A stretch of DNA of 64,000 nucleotides, taken from the NCBI GenBank assembly GCA_010405405.1, contig MU004238.1, positions 1,499,530-1,563,529 on the forward strand, read 5' to 3'. Below the pieces are notes generated by a model, which worked only from the letters and a program-made list of their open reading frames with translations, had not been told where the DNA came from and made no database searches. Origin of the DNA: Microthyrium microscopicum (Eukaryota). Below are positions 23,967-37,163 of this stretch, piece after piece; position 1 is the stretch's first letter; each line of letters begins with the position of its first letter. The position numbers and the translations under genes are program-made.

Positions 23967-25013
23967 ATGTCTGAAAGGGATAGGGATTTTCCGAATGTGG
24001 AGGCCATGGACACGAATGAAGCATTAGCCGGGTACTCGTCCCATATTCATCGTTGATGACGATAACTGACGTGGATTGCTTAGGCTATGGATGAACAACC
24101 TCTTCAGTGACCTTGAAGTGGTTTGTGGTAAACAACGGTGGCCAGTCCATAAAGCCATTGTGTGCGCCAAATCAGGCTATCTCTGGGGACATTGTGTTGA
24201 AGGTGGTAATGTAAGCAAGAAACAACTTCAAGGCGCCAACCTTTTCTATTTACGTTTGAGTATAAAGCTGAATATATGCTTTCAAACAGACCAAATCTTG
24301 GAAAATCAACCATGTTCACATTAGGGAGAACAATCCTCTCGGTATCCAGTACGCACTGAAATTTATGTATGATGGGAGTAAGTCAATCCCATCCTACACA
24401 TAGGCAGTATCTGAGTGCTAACAGGGATATTCTAGTCTATCCTTTTGCGAGGACTATTTCGCGTAAGGAACTGGATCCTGTGTCAGAGACTTATGATCGA
24501 ACGATCAACTGCCACCAGATTGAACAACGATTCCAAAGACATGTCAGTCTCATAGCCATCGCCGACATCCTAGACTGCCCCAGTCTTCATCATGCAGCTA
24601 TGGATCATTACATTCGTGATCTGGCTTCCTTGCTCAACATGGGACGCATGAAAGACTTCATAGCATCCTCAGATAGACTTCAAGTCAAGCAGTTTGTCCA
24701 AAGAGTCGCCGCTGGGATGAGTCTATTTGTAAGTCACAGAGGATGTATGCTCCGAGACAAAGACTTCCGGAGACTGGCGGTTATACTGGCTACTCACTCT
24801 GGTTCGGCGCCTCAAAGAAGACTGGTTAATGGCATTCTACGCGGTATTGTAGATACCGAACCTGGAAGATTGTTGGCTCAGGAAAGAACTGCTCAGCTTG
24901 CTAAGCTTGAGGCGCTTGCTACGGACAGCACAAAGTCACAGAAGCAAATGAAGAGAGTGGATTCACATATTGGACAGAATCCCTCTTTGGGCAACTGGTC
25001 AATTGAATTGTGA
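23967..25013 (+). CDS. BTB/POZ-domain protein, ~4 exons
   Basis: LFSDLEVVCGKQRWPVHKAIVCAKSGY, then GIQYALKFMYDG and LIAIADILDCPSL. Introns near 24031, 24211 and 24378. Confidence 0.75.
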
Positions 25014-25668
25014 ACTTTTAGCCTTCACAAATCAAAGAGCAAGACAAGATATATATCGATAAAGCAAAACCGTTCCAACGAAAGTTTTGATTTCCAATAG
25101 CAATAACACTCAAGTCACAGCATATGCAATAGTGCCCGTCGAACTTTTCTCTTATTTCACCCCGAGGCACTGGACTACTTTGCCCGGCCATCAGGATGCC
25201 CCAAGTCCAGTCTCAATATCCCAGTGTTGGTGAGAAATTCTTTGATTAATCCAAACGCATGACTAACGGAACGAATGTGGAGAAATATAAAAAAAAGCAG
25301 ACAATGTCTTCGGTGACGGCTTTACGTGTGGACAAAACACGGTAGTTCGAAACCTGGCCCGGATACCAGATCCGCAGCGAAGCCAATTAGAGCTTTCGCA
25401 TTGCTGTATGCGGATTGTAGGAACCGATATATACACGCAAGAAGGTCCAAGGTATGACAAGAACCAAATTGGCGTGGATAACTCAACCGCGCCACTCCTG
25501 TCTCTATCGAGACGTACATCCTTATGAGCATTCTTGTAAGGTTCAGAACGACCTATGAAATCAAGGCTTCAAGGTTGAATGTGTGGTTGTTGCATGAGCG
25601 CCGACAAAATCCGTGTTTTGCCAGCTTGTGTAAAGCAAAGTCGATCTTATGGGAAAATCATAGAAGTC

Positions 25669-27633
25669 TTAGTTCGGGTCAAAGAGTTTCTTGTCGCCAG
25701 CGGGTGGAGTATGCCGTCCTCCGGTAGTTCCGCTACGATTTGCGCGATCTCCACGACCACCACGCCCACCACGCCCACCGCGTCCTCGACCTCGACCGCG
25801 GGTAATGGGTTCGTTGGGTTGAGGAGTTGATTCGCCACGACCAAATGAATCAGGATCGATCGGTTCAGTCAAATCTAGACGGGGAGCAGGGACGAGAGGT
25901 TGCACTGCATTTCTAAGACCCGGTGGAACGTATGGAACGTTTCGTGGAGTTCGATGGCCTCGTCCAGAATGACCAGGATGACCACGACCACTCGAAGAAG
26001 GGCGAGAATTACTCTGTCCAATCACTGGGCTAGTATGGGTGCTTCGAGCATTGCCATTTGGCTGACGAGTTCCATTCTGAGCCTTTGGGGTATTTGGTTG
26101 GGCTCGAGTGAGAAAGCCAAAAGGAGCTCGTGGAACCTGGTTTGGGCTTGGTCGCTCATCGCTCTCATGTCGCTGTTTTGAATTTTCAGTAGACTGTGAG
26201 TTTGGACGAGCAGGACCTCGAGGCGCGTTTGGTGGAGGATCGGGACCTGATCGGGCTCGGCGATGACCTTGACCCCAGCCACCCATAGTTCGTGGAGTCG
26301 ATCGACCACGTTTACCCATCCCCTGCATTCGCGGGCTTCGATCAAACGAGTCTGGGTCAACAACATGTGATTGATTTTTGCCGGGTGTAGATTGCTTGTC
26401 AGCCAGCCTAAGATCTTTCGGGTCTCTCATTGCACGCGGTTCTTTGGGTGGTTGAAACAACACTTCATTGACCAGCTCGTCATTGAGAGGGGTGATAGTG
26501 CCAGGGCGAGGACGTGCGATCACTGCTCGACTTGGGGTTGAGGTTCGTACAGCATCTCTACCTTTGAAGAGAATTTCGTCTGCATACTCATCAAACTGAG
26601 AAGACAAACTAAGATCTGTAGACGCGTCCAGGTCGTCACAAATGGCGTTCGGGGATGAGTCGATATCAGGGAGCTCTCGAGTATTGACTTCGGGATCGAC
26701 GCCTCGAATTACTGAGGCCATTTCGTCCATGGTTAGGCATGGTATACCAAGAACCTTGGCACCCTCGCGAATTTGTACATTTTTGGAGACGATGATCCAA
26801 TTGTGATCGATTCTCATCTTGTCCTGATTGTTCATCTTCCACCACATGTGTTGAAAAATTGATCGCACCTCTTTAGGAATCTTCTCGTAGCTTGGACGAG
26901 CACGAATCGCAGTTGATGTAAATTGCTCACGAACTGGTTTTGGAGATTTAGGTGCTGCGCGAAATCCGGGGCGGCCTGTACCAATAGGCGCGAGGACTCG
27001 GTTTGGTTCGACGTTCCGTATTGCGAATGAGTCTAGTAGTCTAGAATCAAACTCAGTACCCGGCTGGCTGCTAGCGCCCATGCTTGAGATTTGAAGGGCG
27101 TTTTGAAAATTTGTTGAAGCAGATAGCAGCTCGTTGTCTACGTACAGATCAGTCGGCCGATAATTGTTCCAGTGAATAGGAGGGACGCCAGCTAAATGCA
27201 TGTCCGCCCACTTGTAGTGTTCATCGGAGGGTTCAATTTGGGCATGATCTGGGTAGTAGTCGGTAATTGCATCTAGCTTCTTGAGAGCAACTTGGACTTC
27301 AGAGGCAGGAAATATCTTGGCAGTAGCACCTCCAGCAAGAGGTTGAATCTGGGACAACACTGTGAGGTGTCAGTGGATTTTCTAGCGCACATATGTAGCT
27401 TACGAACCATAAGCAGGAATAATTATTCTCACTTTCCCAGTGAGAAGCCATTGCTCCAGGGTTCGATCAGGATCTGTCAGGGCGGCTATGAGAGAAACGT
27501 CGTCAATGACACATTCGAACATGACGCGAGAAGTTGGGTTCGGGCTCGCGGGCGAAGATAGAGCCAAGGCGATATTGGAAGCCCCATTGTTCATGAAGGA
27601 GTGCGGAGTTGAGGGTAGCCCATTTGTGGCCAT
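25669..27633 (-). CDS. PIN-like domain protein with RGG-rich tail (Nmd4/SMG6-like candidate); 2 exons
   Basis: FECVIDDVSLIA...VRIIIPAY.VLSQI (PIN beta1/beta2-like) and WIIVSKNVQIREGAKVLGIP (PIN C-terminal-like). RGRGRGGRGGRGGRG tract; ends KKLFDPN. Confidence 0.7.
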
Positions 27634-28514
27634 GGTGGTTTGATTCCGTATTGCTGCGCAATCGTAGTTGAAGCTTTCTGAAACGTTAGAACAATGTCAA
27701 TCGAAAAGTGAGGACTTGTAGATAGGAAGAGGAGCAAGAACCTACATTGGTCGCAAGGATAAATAATGTGGTAAGGTGGTTGAGTAGCCCAGAGATTCCA
27801 GCAGGAGCGGTACGTGGCTAAGGCTGCTATACCATTGTTTTTGAGCAGAGAGGCACTGTCATCACGATTGGAAAATGTATAGGGAAAGCATCATGGTTTG
27901 GGCTCGGAAGAAGATGAACCGCGACCATTTCCTATAGGCGCAATGCTTGGTGAAAGATGAGGATGCTCTGACGGAGTTGCAGTGAAGGCAGCGCTGCTTA
28001 CAGCGTAGGTGACACGGCCTAGCCTAGTGAGGAGGACCTAGATCAGATGAGCAGCAAGCAGTGAGCGGTGTTGTTATTGTAGAGTAGTCGAAATGGAGGA
28101 GAAGTAGATGAACGGATATTCAGCAGTGCACCACCTACCAGATCACTCCACCGTACAGGGAAGGGTTTAGCGGCCGGTTAGCGGCCCGTGTTAAATGTAC
28201 ATATATTTCGAATCGGCATTTCGGCTTTTGGAAGTTCGGTTCGGGTTCTGACAGCTTGAGAAACTGAAGATATATATCGGATTCGTGTCACAAGATCAGG
28301 TCACTCTCTGTTATTTTATTGTCATCTTGATCTCTCAGACAGCGATGGATTAACAATATCTAATAGTCTTTACGTCCATACTGAGTAACGGCCTCTGAGC
28401 TTAGCTGTTAAATGGCCTGACAAAGTCTGCTTAGGCGGCTTTCCTTTCTCAGCTAGGTAAGCAGAGTTTTGAAGCTGATGATCAGATTCATGGTAGGCGA
28501 GAAAAACTCGGCGA

Positions 28515-29401
28515 TTAATGGCCCACCACCTCGTCTCGTCCGACCATCTTTTCATCAGGCAACCAACCTTTTGGCCGCTCTGCTCCCCTCACTGTTAACC
28601 CGTAGAGTGCATTTTCAACCTTCACGACACACGTCTCCAAAACCTCCATTTTCTTGTTCATGTCCTTGTTGAGCGAGCTATAATGAGGCACATCTACAGC
28701 TTTGAGAAAATCGCGAACGTCTCGGAGATCCGTAAGAACATTTCGATGAGACTGCTCGCCTTCTACTTCCAATTTCGCGGATGGGACTTCTCCTGAAGTT
28801 GCCATGACTGTTATTGCGAATCGCATCAGCTCACCAGTCATATCAAATACGCCAAGTAAATAGTCGGCTTCTGACAGAAGAATTGGATTGTTGGGTCCTC
28901 CCAAATCTGCGGTACTCCTGCTAGCCTCTTGGAGGGACACTAAAGACTGAGCCTCCAGATAGTGTTGGAACGATAAAGCTTCCATGAACTCTTGGGTACC
29001 ACCAGTGATTTGCTTTGAATATCGGTAGGTGTTTAGACCTTGAAGATCGGTAGATATGGAACTGTACGCCTTGGAGATGAGATCCCAGAGTGGTTGATTG
29101 CTTTTCGTAATGGCGCCGGGAATTGGCTGCTTCATATTTCGAACTCTACATTTGGTAGTTAGCCAAAAATTCTGCAAGACTATAACAATTTGAACCTTTG
29201 CAATCCAAAAATAATTTTCTTGCTGGTTGCGGTGATATCTCTTGAAGCTTTAATAATGCGCTCGCGACGGTCATGATGTTCGTCTAGCTCCGATTTGAAG
29301 CCTTCAAACATGGGCATGAATGGGGATTCCATCTTTGCCGGTCTCTCCCCAAAAGCGTCCTCCGCTGATCGCTTTTTATTCTGGGTATTTGATTGTGGCA
29401 T
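28515..29401 (-). CDS. TSNAX: Translin-associated factor X (TRAX); 2 exons
   Basis: ELDEHHDRRERIIKASRDITATSKKIIF, QEFMEALSFQHYL, DYLLGVFDMTGELMR, KVENALYGLTVRGAE. Confidence 0.92.
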
Positions 29402-29605
29402 TTGTCGATGGAAAGTAATAGTGGTGCCTCAGCAATTCTAAAGATGAGGCTCAAAAAGCTTGGACCAGGGGGGTCAACTGCACTCCATAAATGTTTGACA
29501 TCAAGCGCCAGATCACCAAACCTACAGCGACTCCCCCTTTAGTTCTGGTCGAGCAAAGGGTGTCTTTGCAGAGATGGAAATCTCATAAACCCACGCAACT
29601 TCCTC

Positions 29606-30894
29606 ATGGCGCCCAAACTCCTCCAGTCGCCTACATTCGTCTTCACCAGCGCTATCCTCCTCCGCGCGGTCCTGCTGGTCTACTCGCATTGGCAGGATAC
29701 ACATTCGCCTGTCAAATACACCGACATTGACTATTATGTCTTCACCGATGCCGCACGCTTCGTCGCCCGAGGCAAATCTCCCTACACGCGCGAGACATAC
29801 AGATACACTCCTTTGCTAGCTTGGATCTTAACTCCAACAGTCTACTGGTTTGACTTTGGCAAGGTGCTTTTCGCGCTTGGAGATGTTCTCGCAGGATGGC
29901 TTTTGATGAATGTTCTCGTGAAGCACTATGGTGTTGAGAAAGGAAGAGCTGTAGCCTTCACTGCGGTATGGACGCTAAACCCAATGGTGGCCAACATAAG
30001 CACTCGAGGCAGCAGTGAAGGTTTACTGGGAGTGTTAGCTATCGGGTTGCTGAAAGCAGGTCTGGAGAGACGCATGGCCTTGGCCGGCATCATCCTGGGC
30101 TTCTCTGTACATTGGAAGATATATCCATTTGTTTATGCGGCGAGCCTTATATGGTGGCTCGAACAGCCTGGAAGCCAAGCAAAGACACTTCTACAGCGAG
30201 TGTCGCGGTTTCTGAACAGTGACAGAATAAAACTTGCTTTGTACAGTCTGATCACATTTATGGCTTTCAATGTTCTTATGTACATCATGTGAGTTGTCAA
30301 CTTCTTATTTGCTTGCATTCACGCTGACAGCTTTAAAGATATGGCGCTCCCTACTTGGAGCATTCATGGACATACCATCTTACTCGGATCGACCACCGTC
30401 ACAACTTCTCTCCTTACAATACGCTACTGCACCTCAACTCATCTCCTTCAGCTACATCTTCACTGCGGCTAGAACGGTTGGCTTTTGTGCCGCAGTTGTA
30501 TCTCTCTGCTATAGCCATTCCAATTGCTCTGGCGAAGAAGGATCTGGCAGGAGCAATGCTTTGCCAGACTTTTGCATTTGTAACCTTCAATAAAGTCTGC
30601 ACCAGTCAATACTTCTTGTGGTATCTAGTGTTTCTGCCACTCTATCTACCAAACTCGCGACTACTTCAGCAAAAAGGCTTGGGACTCGTTGCGCTACTAG
30701 CATGGGTACTTGGCCAGGGAATGTGGCTCTATGAAGGATACAGACTGGAGTTTCTAGGCGAGCAAAGCTTCATTCCAGGACTGTGGTATGCTGGCTTGGG
30801 TTTTTTTGCGATCAACTGTTGGCTACTTGGTTTGATAATCGACGATGTTGCGACTAAGCAGCCCCCAATAGCTGAAAGGAAGAAGAATATATGA
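29606..30894 (+). CDS. GPI14: GPI mannosyltransferase I (PIG-M); 2 exons; C-terminal KKxx
   Basis: KYTDIDYYVFTDAA, TYRYTPLLAW, ISTRGSSE, HWKIYP, DHRHNFSPY, FNKVCTSQYFLWY; ends KKNI. Confidence 0.95.
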
Positions 30895-30956
30895 GAGATG
30901 TCCGGTTCAAAAGGGACTAATATTACCATAATACAAAATCGTTCATAACGGGTCAT

Positions 30957-33900
30957 TCAGTCGTGCTTGTTTTTGTTCTTGTCAACCTCTATCCCTTCAA
31001 CGCTCGAGTTCACACTATCAACCACATGAAAGCCAAAGTCCATTTCACCGACCAGGTCTTTGACGCGAGCAACTAATGTCTCCATATCGACAACGATGCA
31101 TCGGGCTGCCAATTGCAGAACTGCGAATGCGGCATAGCCAGGCTCGTTGATGTGTCTGATACTCAGAATGTCCTCGTCCATCTTCTCCAGTTTCTCGCTC
31201 AACTGGTATGGCGACGGGCTTGGCATATATGGCGGAAGCGGTCGGCCATCACGAATCGCACCGGATAATAGAGTAAGGAGCATGATGGTTTCATGCGATG
31301 TTGGGCCGACCTCTGCGACCAGTTGTCGGAACGATCGTGCCCACTGACTTATTTTCCCGCTGTCGTCCAAGTACGAGAAGGACATGCTGGCATAGGAGAT
31401 CAGGGACATGTAGTTCGTGATGCTACAATAGATTGTCAGTACTGCACCTGGTTCGCTGATGTGCACTCACTTCTCAATGCTTGTGATGATATCGTCGTAC
31501 TGCTTCTTGGGAAACTTCCCTCCTATGGGAATCTCCCAACGCGAAAAGTTGGAATAAGTCTTCATGCTGTTGATCATTAATAGTTGTTTTGTGAACAATT
31601 TGATCCTGACTTTTTCTAAACGTCTGGCGGGGTCATTCTTGTCCGTCTTGGTGTTATAGTCACCTTTTATTCGATGGGCCATGGTTTCGTGTACACTGGA
31701 GTAGTAATTGGCGAGCATGTACAGCGAAGCACCAAGATCTCGCCGTAGTTGAGAATGCTCTGAGATGGGATATGGAAATATCGTAAAGATGAATCCGACG
31801 AAGAGACCTGCCAAAACTGTTGCCAAGCGGACAGGCGCAAAGACGAGAATCCCGAGATATACTTGGCCAGAGGCTGCAATTGCAGTTTTGCCCAACTTAC
31901 GAGCTTCAAGCTCGTATCCAATGATCAGTGTGAGGGTGACTGAACTGATGATTCCAATCATGAGGAACTGTGGCTTCTTTAGTGGCATGTACAGTCCACA
32001 TGCCGCGAAGAACCAGTATAAAACAAGAATACCAGGAGTTTTACCATTGCCTGCCACGTAGTACGTTACCCATGATAACAACATGGCGATGACCGTGCCA
32101 CTTGATCTAAGGAGAAAGCCGAAGAGAGACTGCCCGGCAGTTGGACTCATGCTGATGGCCACCATGATAACGGCCCAGAAGAGTCGATACTGGTTCGAGA
32201 AGTGCTGGGTATCCCGAAGAAATGCTGGTATTGCAACGGCCATTGCAGCAACGGCTGCGCGGAATCCAAATGCCGCGGCAGAAGATTCGAGGAATACTGA
32301 GATTTGCCGAAAGAGATCGCCGGCGCGTTGATATGCATTCGTAGGGGCTAAGTGTTCTGGATCTTTCATCACGTCGTACGAAGCGCCCATATACACCTGA
32401 TGAGAGCCATCGGAATGGTCTCTCATAGCACCATCTGTGCTCGAAATATTGTCACGTGCAAATATATCCATGAATAAACGTCGGATTCGCTTAAGACTCG
32501 GAATGATTAGACGGTTTCTTTTCATGTGCCCATTTGCGACAAGGCCATCAACAAACAAAACCATGTCAAGTAATGAGCGCGACATGCGAAACAGCAAGAA
32601 CTCCATCTAAATAATCGTCAGTTGATGTGGACAGGTTGTAGAATATCTCACGTACGTAGAGCAATAAATACAACTGACGTTGGTTTTGCTGCTTTCGGAT
32701 CTTAGTTTCAGTATCCATAGTCTGTGGCATGTCTATCGGAGCTGTATCGGGATGATCAAAGAAGTTGTCCGGCCAGGTTATACCTCGACGGCGTCCCCAT
32801 TCGACGAGAGTCAAATGTTTCTCGCTATAAAATTGCGAACTTTTGCGGTCTAGATATTCAGCAAAGCCGGAGGTTCCTGGCGCTGTCGTTTGTGCTGTCG
32901 ACTCGACGTCCTCTGCTTTGGCATCCTGCGCTTTCTTCGTTCTATCTTTGGGTGTTGGTATCAATTCCAGGCGAATCAGGACATGATCAATTGCATCTTT
33001 CATAACTCCGATTATCTCTGCAAAGTTCTTATGAACGAGTTGCATGTTGGAAATCCAATCTTTCACAGCCGCATCTCTATCGGCTTGCTCTTCGGGGTTT
33101 AAAGATCCTATCCTCTCCTCGGTCCAGTTTCTTAACACTGCAAAATGCTGGAAGAGTCCGGTGATTGATTCAAGGCCTAATGTGGGCAATAGAACGAATC
33201 TAATGCGTTCATTGAGTTCTTTCATGTCATCTGGCCCCAGTTTTCCAATTCCAACTTCCCGCTTTGCAAATCTGATTTGTTAGTGTAAGTATAATGTAGT
33301 GGGTGGTATGTTAGCCAACAACATACTGGAACAGTTGATCGATCATCTACTGGAATGCTATCAAGCGGCCTTTCGGCTCCATAGCATACCGGTGGAATTT
33401 CAAACTGCTTCAACCAAGATGATGGCTTTACATGGGTGATGTCCTACGGTAGTTCAACTTGAAGCTTGGCTTGGAGGGCACTCGTGCCTTTTATCGCTGC
33501 TCGAGCTGCCTTCACTTCAGCGCGCGGCTCACGATCAGCCACTAGCATATCTGCCATCGCATCTTCGGACTCGAAACTCTTCAACAAAGCCCCGTATGAA
33601 GTTAAACAGCCTTTGATGGACATTAGAAGGCCAGTAAATATTTTTCCAACGATTGTACGCGAGGCGACAGGAACAATAAACAACGCTACCCCTGTGGCTA
33701 TGCCTAATCCCAGGAATACAGCTTTCAGAAGTGTTTTGATAAAGGTAATGGCGTAGGTCATGGTTGGAAAGAGTGGCGAGTTCATTGTGCTGACAGTCGT
33801 CAAGATACAGAACATTATACATGCTTGTTGAGCCTGTGGTAGTCTGTGACGAACTACATTTCCTAGCCAGATCTAGTTTTGTGAGTTTCTGATCTGACAT

Positions 33901-34542
33901 GGTCTTTAAATTTTCTCACCCAAAAGAAGAGCCAGACTGCTGCTACTGCACTAGCCGAAGCATTATATGGTACTTGCGTTTGACTTGGAGTCGTACCAAC
34001 TGGAGCACCAGCAGCAGCTGTTGCTGGTGGACTTGTATGCCGTCTCGCTTCTGTGACACAGTATATAGTGAGAAGACTCCCTGCAACGGCTATTGCCATG
34101 CCAGTCGCGTTTATGACCAGACCCTGGAGATATTTCGCTCGAGGCAGAATTGGCATCGAAAAAAGCGAAACTGTTTTCATATTTAGCACATGTCTTGTCG
34201 TATATTTGTGGTATCCCTTACTAATTGCAGAGAGATATCCCAATGTGCCTAGCATGCTAGCAATGGAGGTGGCTTGGGCCATAGCCAGGACGATGGTTGG
34301 TGCGAGAGCTCCCCTGTACGACTCTTAGACTTGAATCTTATTATTGGCGTCGTGATAGTGACTTACTTCGCCATGAGTAGAATCGTTATCAAGTCAAGAT
34401 CAAGTCCCAGAAACCCCTTCCCGCTCTTCCCCTTCGGTTTGCCGGCCTTCGGCGGCGCTGCGGTTGACTTTTCTTCATTATGGCCGCTCCCGGGTTTGAT
34501 TTCGTCGGAGCTGTCGGTATTTCTTATGTTCTGGTTCGACAT
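30957..34542 (-). CDS. Large multi-pass membrane protein of the FUSC/ArAE_2 (ER transporter 6TM, Bre4-like) family, multi-exon
   Basis: Many TM segments; AFGFRAAVAAMAVAIPAFL, LFWAVIMVAISMSPT, LIIGYEL, WEIPIGGKFPKKQY, PLPPYM, EPGYAAFAV. Canonical introns between the ORF pieces. Confidence 0.82.
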
Positions 34543-35324
34543 AGTACAAGTATAGCTGGCGATAGTATGGGCCTAATAGTTATTGAAATATACCCAAGTA
34601 TCTGGTCTCCGAGCCCTTAGAAGGTAGGGGTCGCAATCCCAGCCTTTTGGTTGTTCAAGATGTGACGCTTGTAGCATTTGAGCTCCAACAAGCTATCATA
34701 GCGCGACTCAATTCCTGGCTGCTCGAATGAAGAAACAACAACACAGACCAAAAGTTGTGTAGCTTGACACGAATGAAGTTGTTGATCAACGCGGTCCAAA
34801 AGAGACGTGAAATATCCGACGCTAGACTGACAGCAGAGCGCCAAAGCCCAGGGGTACCTTGCTAAAGCTGCTTATTCAGAACTTAAGCTTCCTTATGTAG
34901 CAAGCACGCTGCGTTCAAGCCTTAGCTAGCGTCTCTTGTCGCTGGGTGGCTTTCAAGTTCTAAGCCTACTTCTATCTTCAACTTCGTCGTTTCATTCATC
35001 AGAAGTTTATTGTGAAATAACCCGCCCCAGGAACAATTCAGTTTCAACTCAATTACGTATACATATTATAATCATGAACACAGCCACGACTTCCACCGAA
35101 CTATCTGATCGATGCAGCCGCTCCTCTCCATTCAATCACATCAGATCACAGAGAACCAAACAAAGCTGTAGCTTCAAGGACAGGCAATTAACTCAATTCA
35201 TGAGAACCAGCTCATGTGCTTCTCAGTATCATCCTTTCAGATGCAATGCAAATTTCCCACATTGCCTTGCGTAGGCACTCTGAACTCCCAAAGTGTGTCC
35301 ATGAGGTCACCAATAGCTTGTTCA

Positions 35325-35838
35325 CTATCGGCTTCCAAACAGCTTGTTCTTGACAGAGCGAAGTTTTGATTTAGATGGCTCTGTAATTCGTTAGGAGCTT
35401 GTAACCGTGTATGCTAGCAACAGATATCTTACCATGATCGTAGGTATGGTGCGGCTTCCACTCGAAATTACCGTTTGAACCTTCTGTCCAATACCACGTG
35501 TTGGGGAAGGGCGGACCACTGGAATCAGGTCTGCTCTGTTCGAAGCCTTTTGGAGCAAATCCTTCCATAGGACACCAGAAGATACCGCCTCGGTGATACC
35601 ATTTGACATGGCTCTCGGGAATTTTGCCGGGCGGTTTTGGTATTGGCCAGCAGTACCGGTATTCGCCTGCATCGGTTTCTTGTCGAACATAGCAGAAGAA
35701 GTTGTCTTTCGCATCCCTGGCCACCCATCGGCGGTGATCATTGCTCCATACTACCTTGTACTGTTGCTGATATGCTGGAGGCTTTTCCCCGCGGGCTTGT
35801 TTTTCAGGCTCTGTAAGATTTTCCGACCAGTCCGACAT
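35325..35838 (-). CDS. Orphan Trp-rich protein with a PPAY motif; 2 exons
   Basis: ATG at 35838 (AAGATCATGT). A GTAAGA..CTAAC..ACAG intron (~35431-35381) joins to EPSKSKLRSVKNKLFGSR*. Confidence 0.55.
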
Positions 35839-36184
35839 GATCTTGTGGTGTTCAATGTGGGATAATCGTGTTGATTGAATGATGAAGTATAGTACGATCA
35901 ACGTAACTTGTAGTTTTGTGATAATTGATGTACATCTAATACATATTTGCCCTTTTTGTAGGCCTGCTGTTTTCATGATGGTGAATTTTCTTTGTTTGGC
36001 GGTCTCGTTTGAAACCATACTTCACACGATGCAAACAAAGAATCTCAGCCAAAACGGCTGAGACAGCGGCACAATCCCTATCGTCAAATATTCACTTTTA
36101 ATATAGCAGGGCGAGTATTCCTAGGATATCCACAAATCTTACTTAATTGCACTACTATTTACATACGAGATCGCGATCTAAAAA

Positions 36185-36712
36185 TCACCTCTCCTCGACC
36201 AGTTTCTGCTTGGGGAATGGCTTATATCGCTCGCCTGGTGCGCAACAAGCAGTGATGTCGTCCGAACTAGAACTAGATCCTGAGCAAGACTGTTTATTCG
36301 CTTCTCTGCAATTGTAACTGATGCTATATTAGTATCTGCGCCAATACTGCCACCGAGAACTTACACAAGCCCAGTGGAATTCTTGGCTGTCGTATCGATA
36401 TATTTCTGGAACTTTCGATTGTTTCCGAGCGAGCAAGTGAAGAAGCCAGTAGTGCAAATGTCCTTCAGCCATGGCATGGATGGCACATCTCCAGTGTAAT
36501 GCTTTGTATACAACGAACAGCTAGGGGTGTAAATCGCATCTACCAGGGTGAGCTTTTGCCAACACGATCTTCAGCAAGGTAAAAAGCTTACACATGGAAT
36601 TAGTTCCATTCCTCTGTTGTGAACCAATGGCGAGTTCACCACTTTTGCAAACGCTGTCTGCTCTTGCAGCGACTGCGAAGACTGCGCACATAGAAAGTAG
36701 GGAAATCCTCAT
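36185..36712 (-). CDS. Small secreted 8-Cys protein, paralog A; 3 exons
   Basis: Spliced product: MRISLLSMCAVFAVAARADSVCKSGELAIGSQQRNGTNSMYAIYTPSCSLYTKHYTGDVPSMPWLKDICTTGFFTCSLGNNRKFQKYIDTTAKNSTGLVYNCREANKQSCSGSSSSSDDITACCAPGERYKPFPKQKLVEER*. Signal-peptide-like N-terminus; two GTAAG introns. Confidence 0.85.
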
Positions 36713-37163
36713 GTTGATGTTTTGAAACTTTGAGCAAGCGTCAGGAGTATGAAAAATGATAAACTTCGCCCCAAATTTTGGATGGGGTTGTTTCTTAAGT
36801 ATCTTTCTCTTTCAGCAAGGGCTTCTCTTTTGACCTCATAACGACTCTCAATGACATGTTCGTTGTATATTATACTAGTGAGCGCTAACTTCTCAAAGAT
36901 CCTATTGCAACCTGTGATCTGAATATACTTTTCGCTTCCAGTGTAATAGTTGTCGTCGCCTCTATGAATTGCCAACCCTACAATAAGTTCATTCGTCATT
37001 TCAGCCTTGGGGCACAGGTCAATTCAGACCCTAGATTGGATAGGGTTCATATTGGCCTAGTAAATTGGCCTCTATTCACTGTCACTGAGCAGGAAAGACG
37101 ATAAGAGTTGTTAGTGTCTTATTGAGTCATTATGATGTTGATATTTCGTTCAAGATTCTAAAT

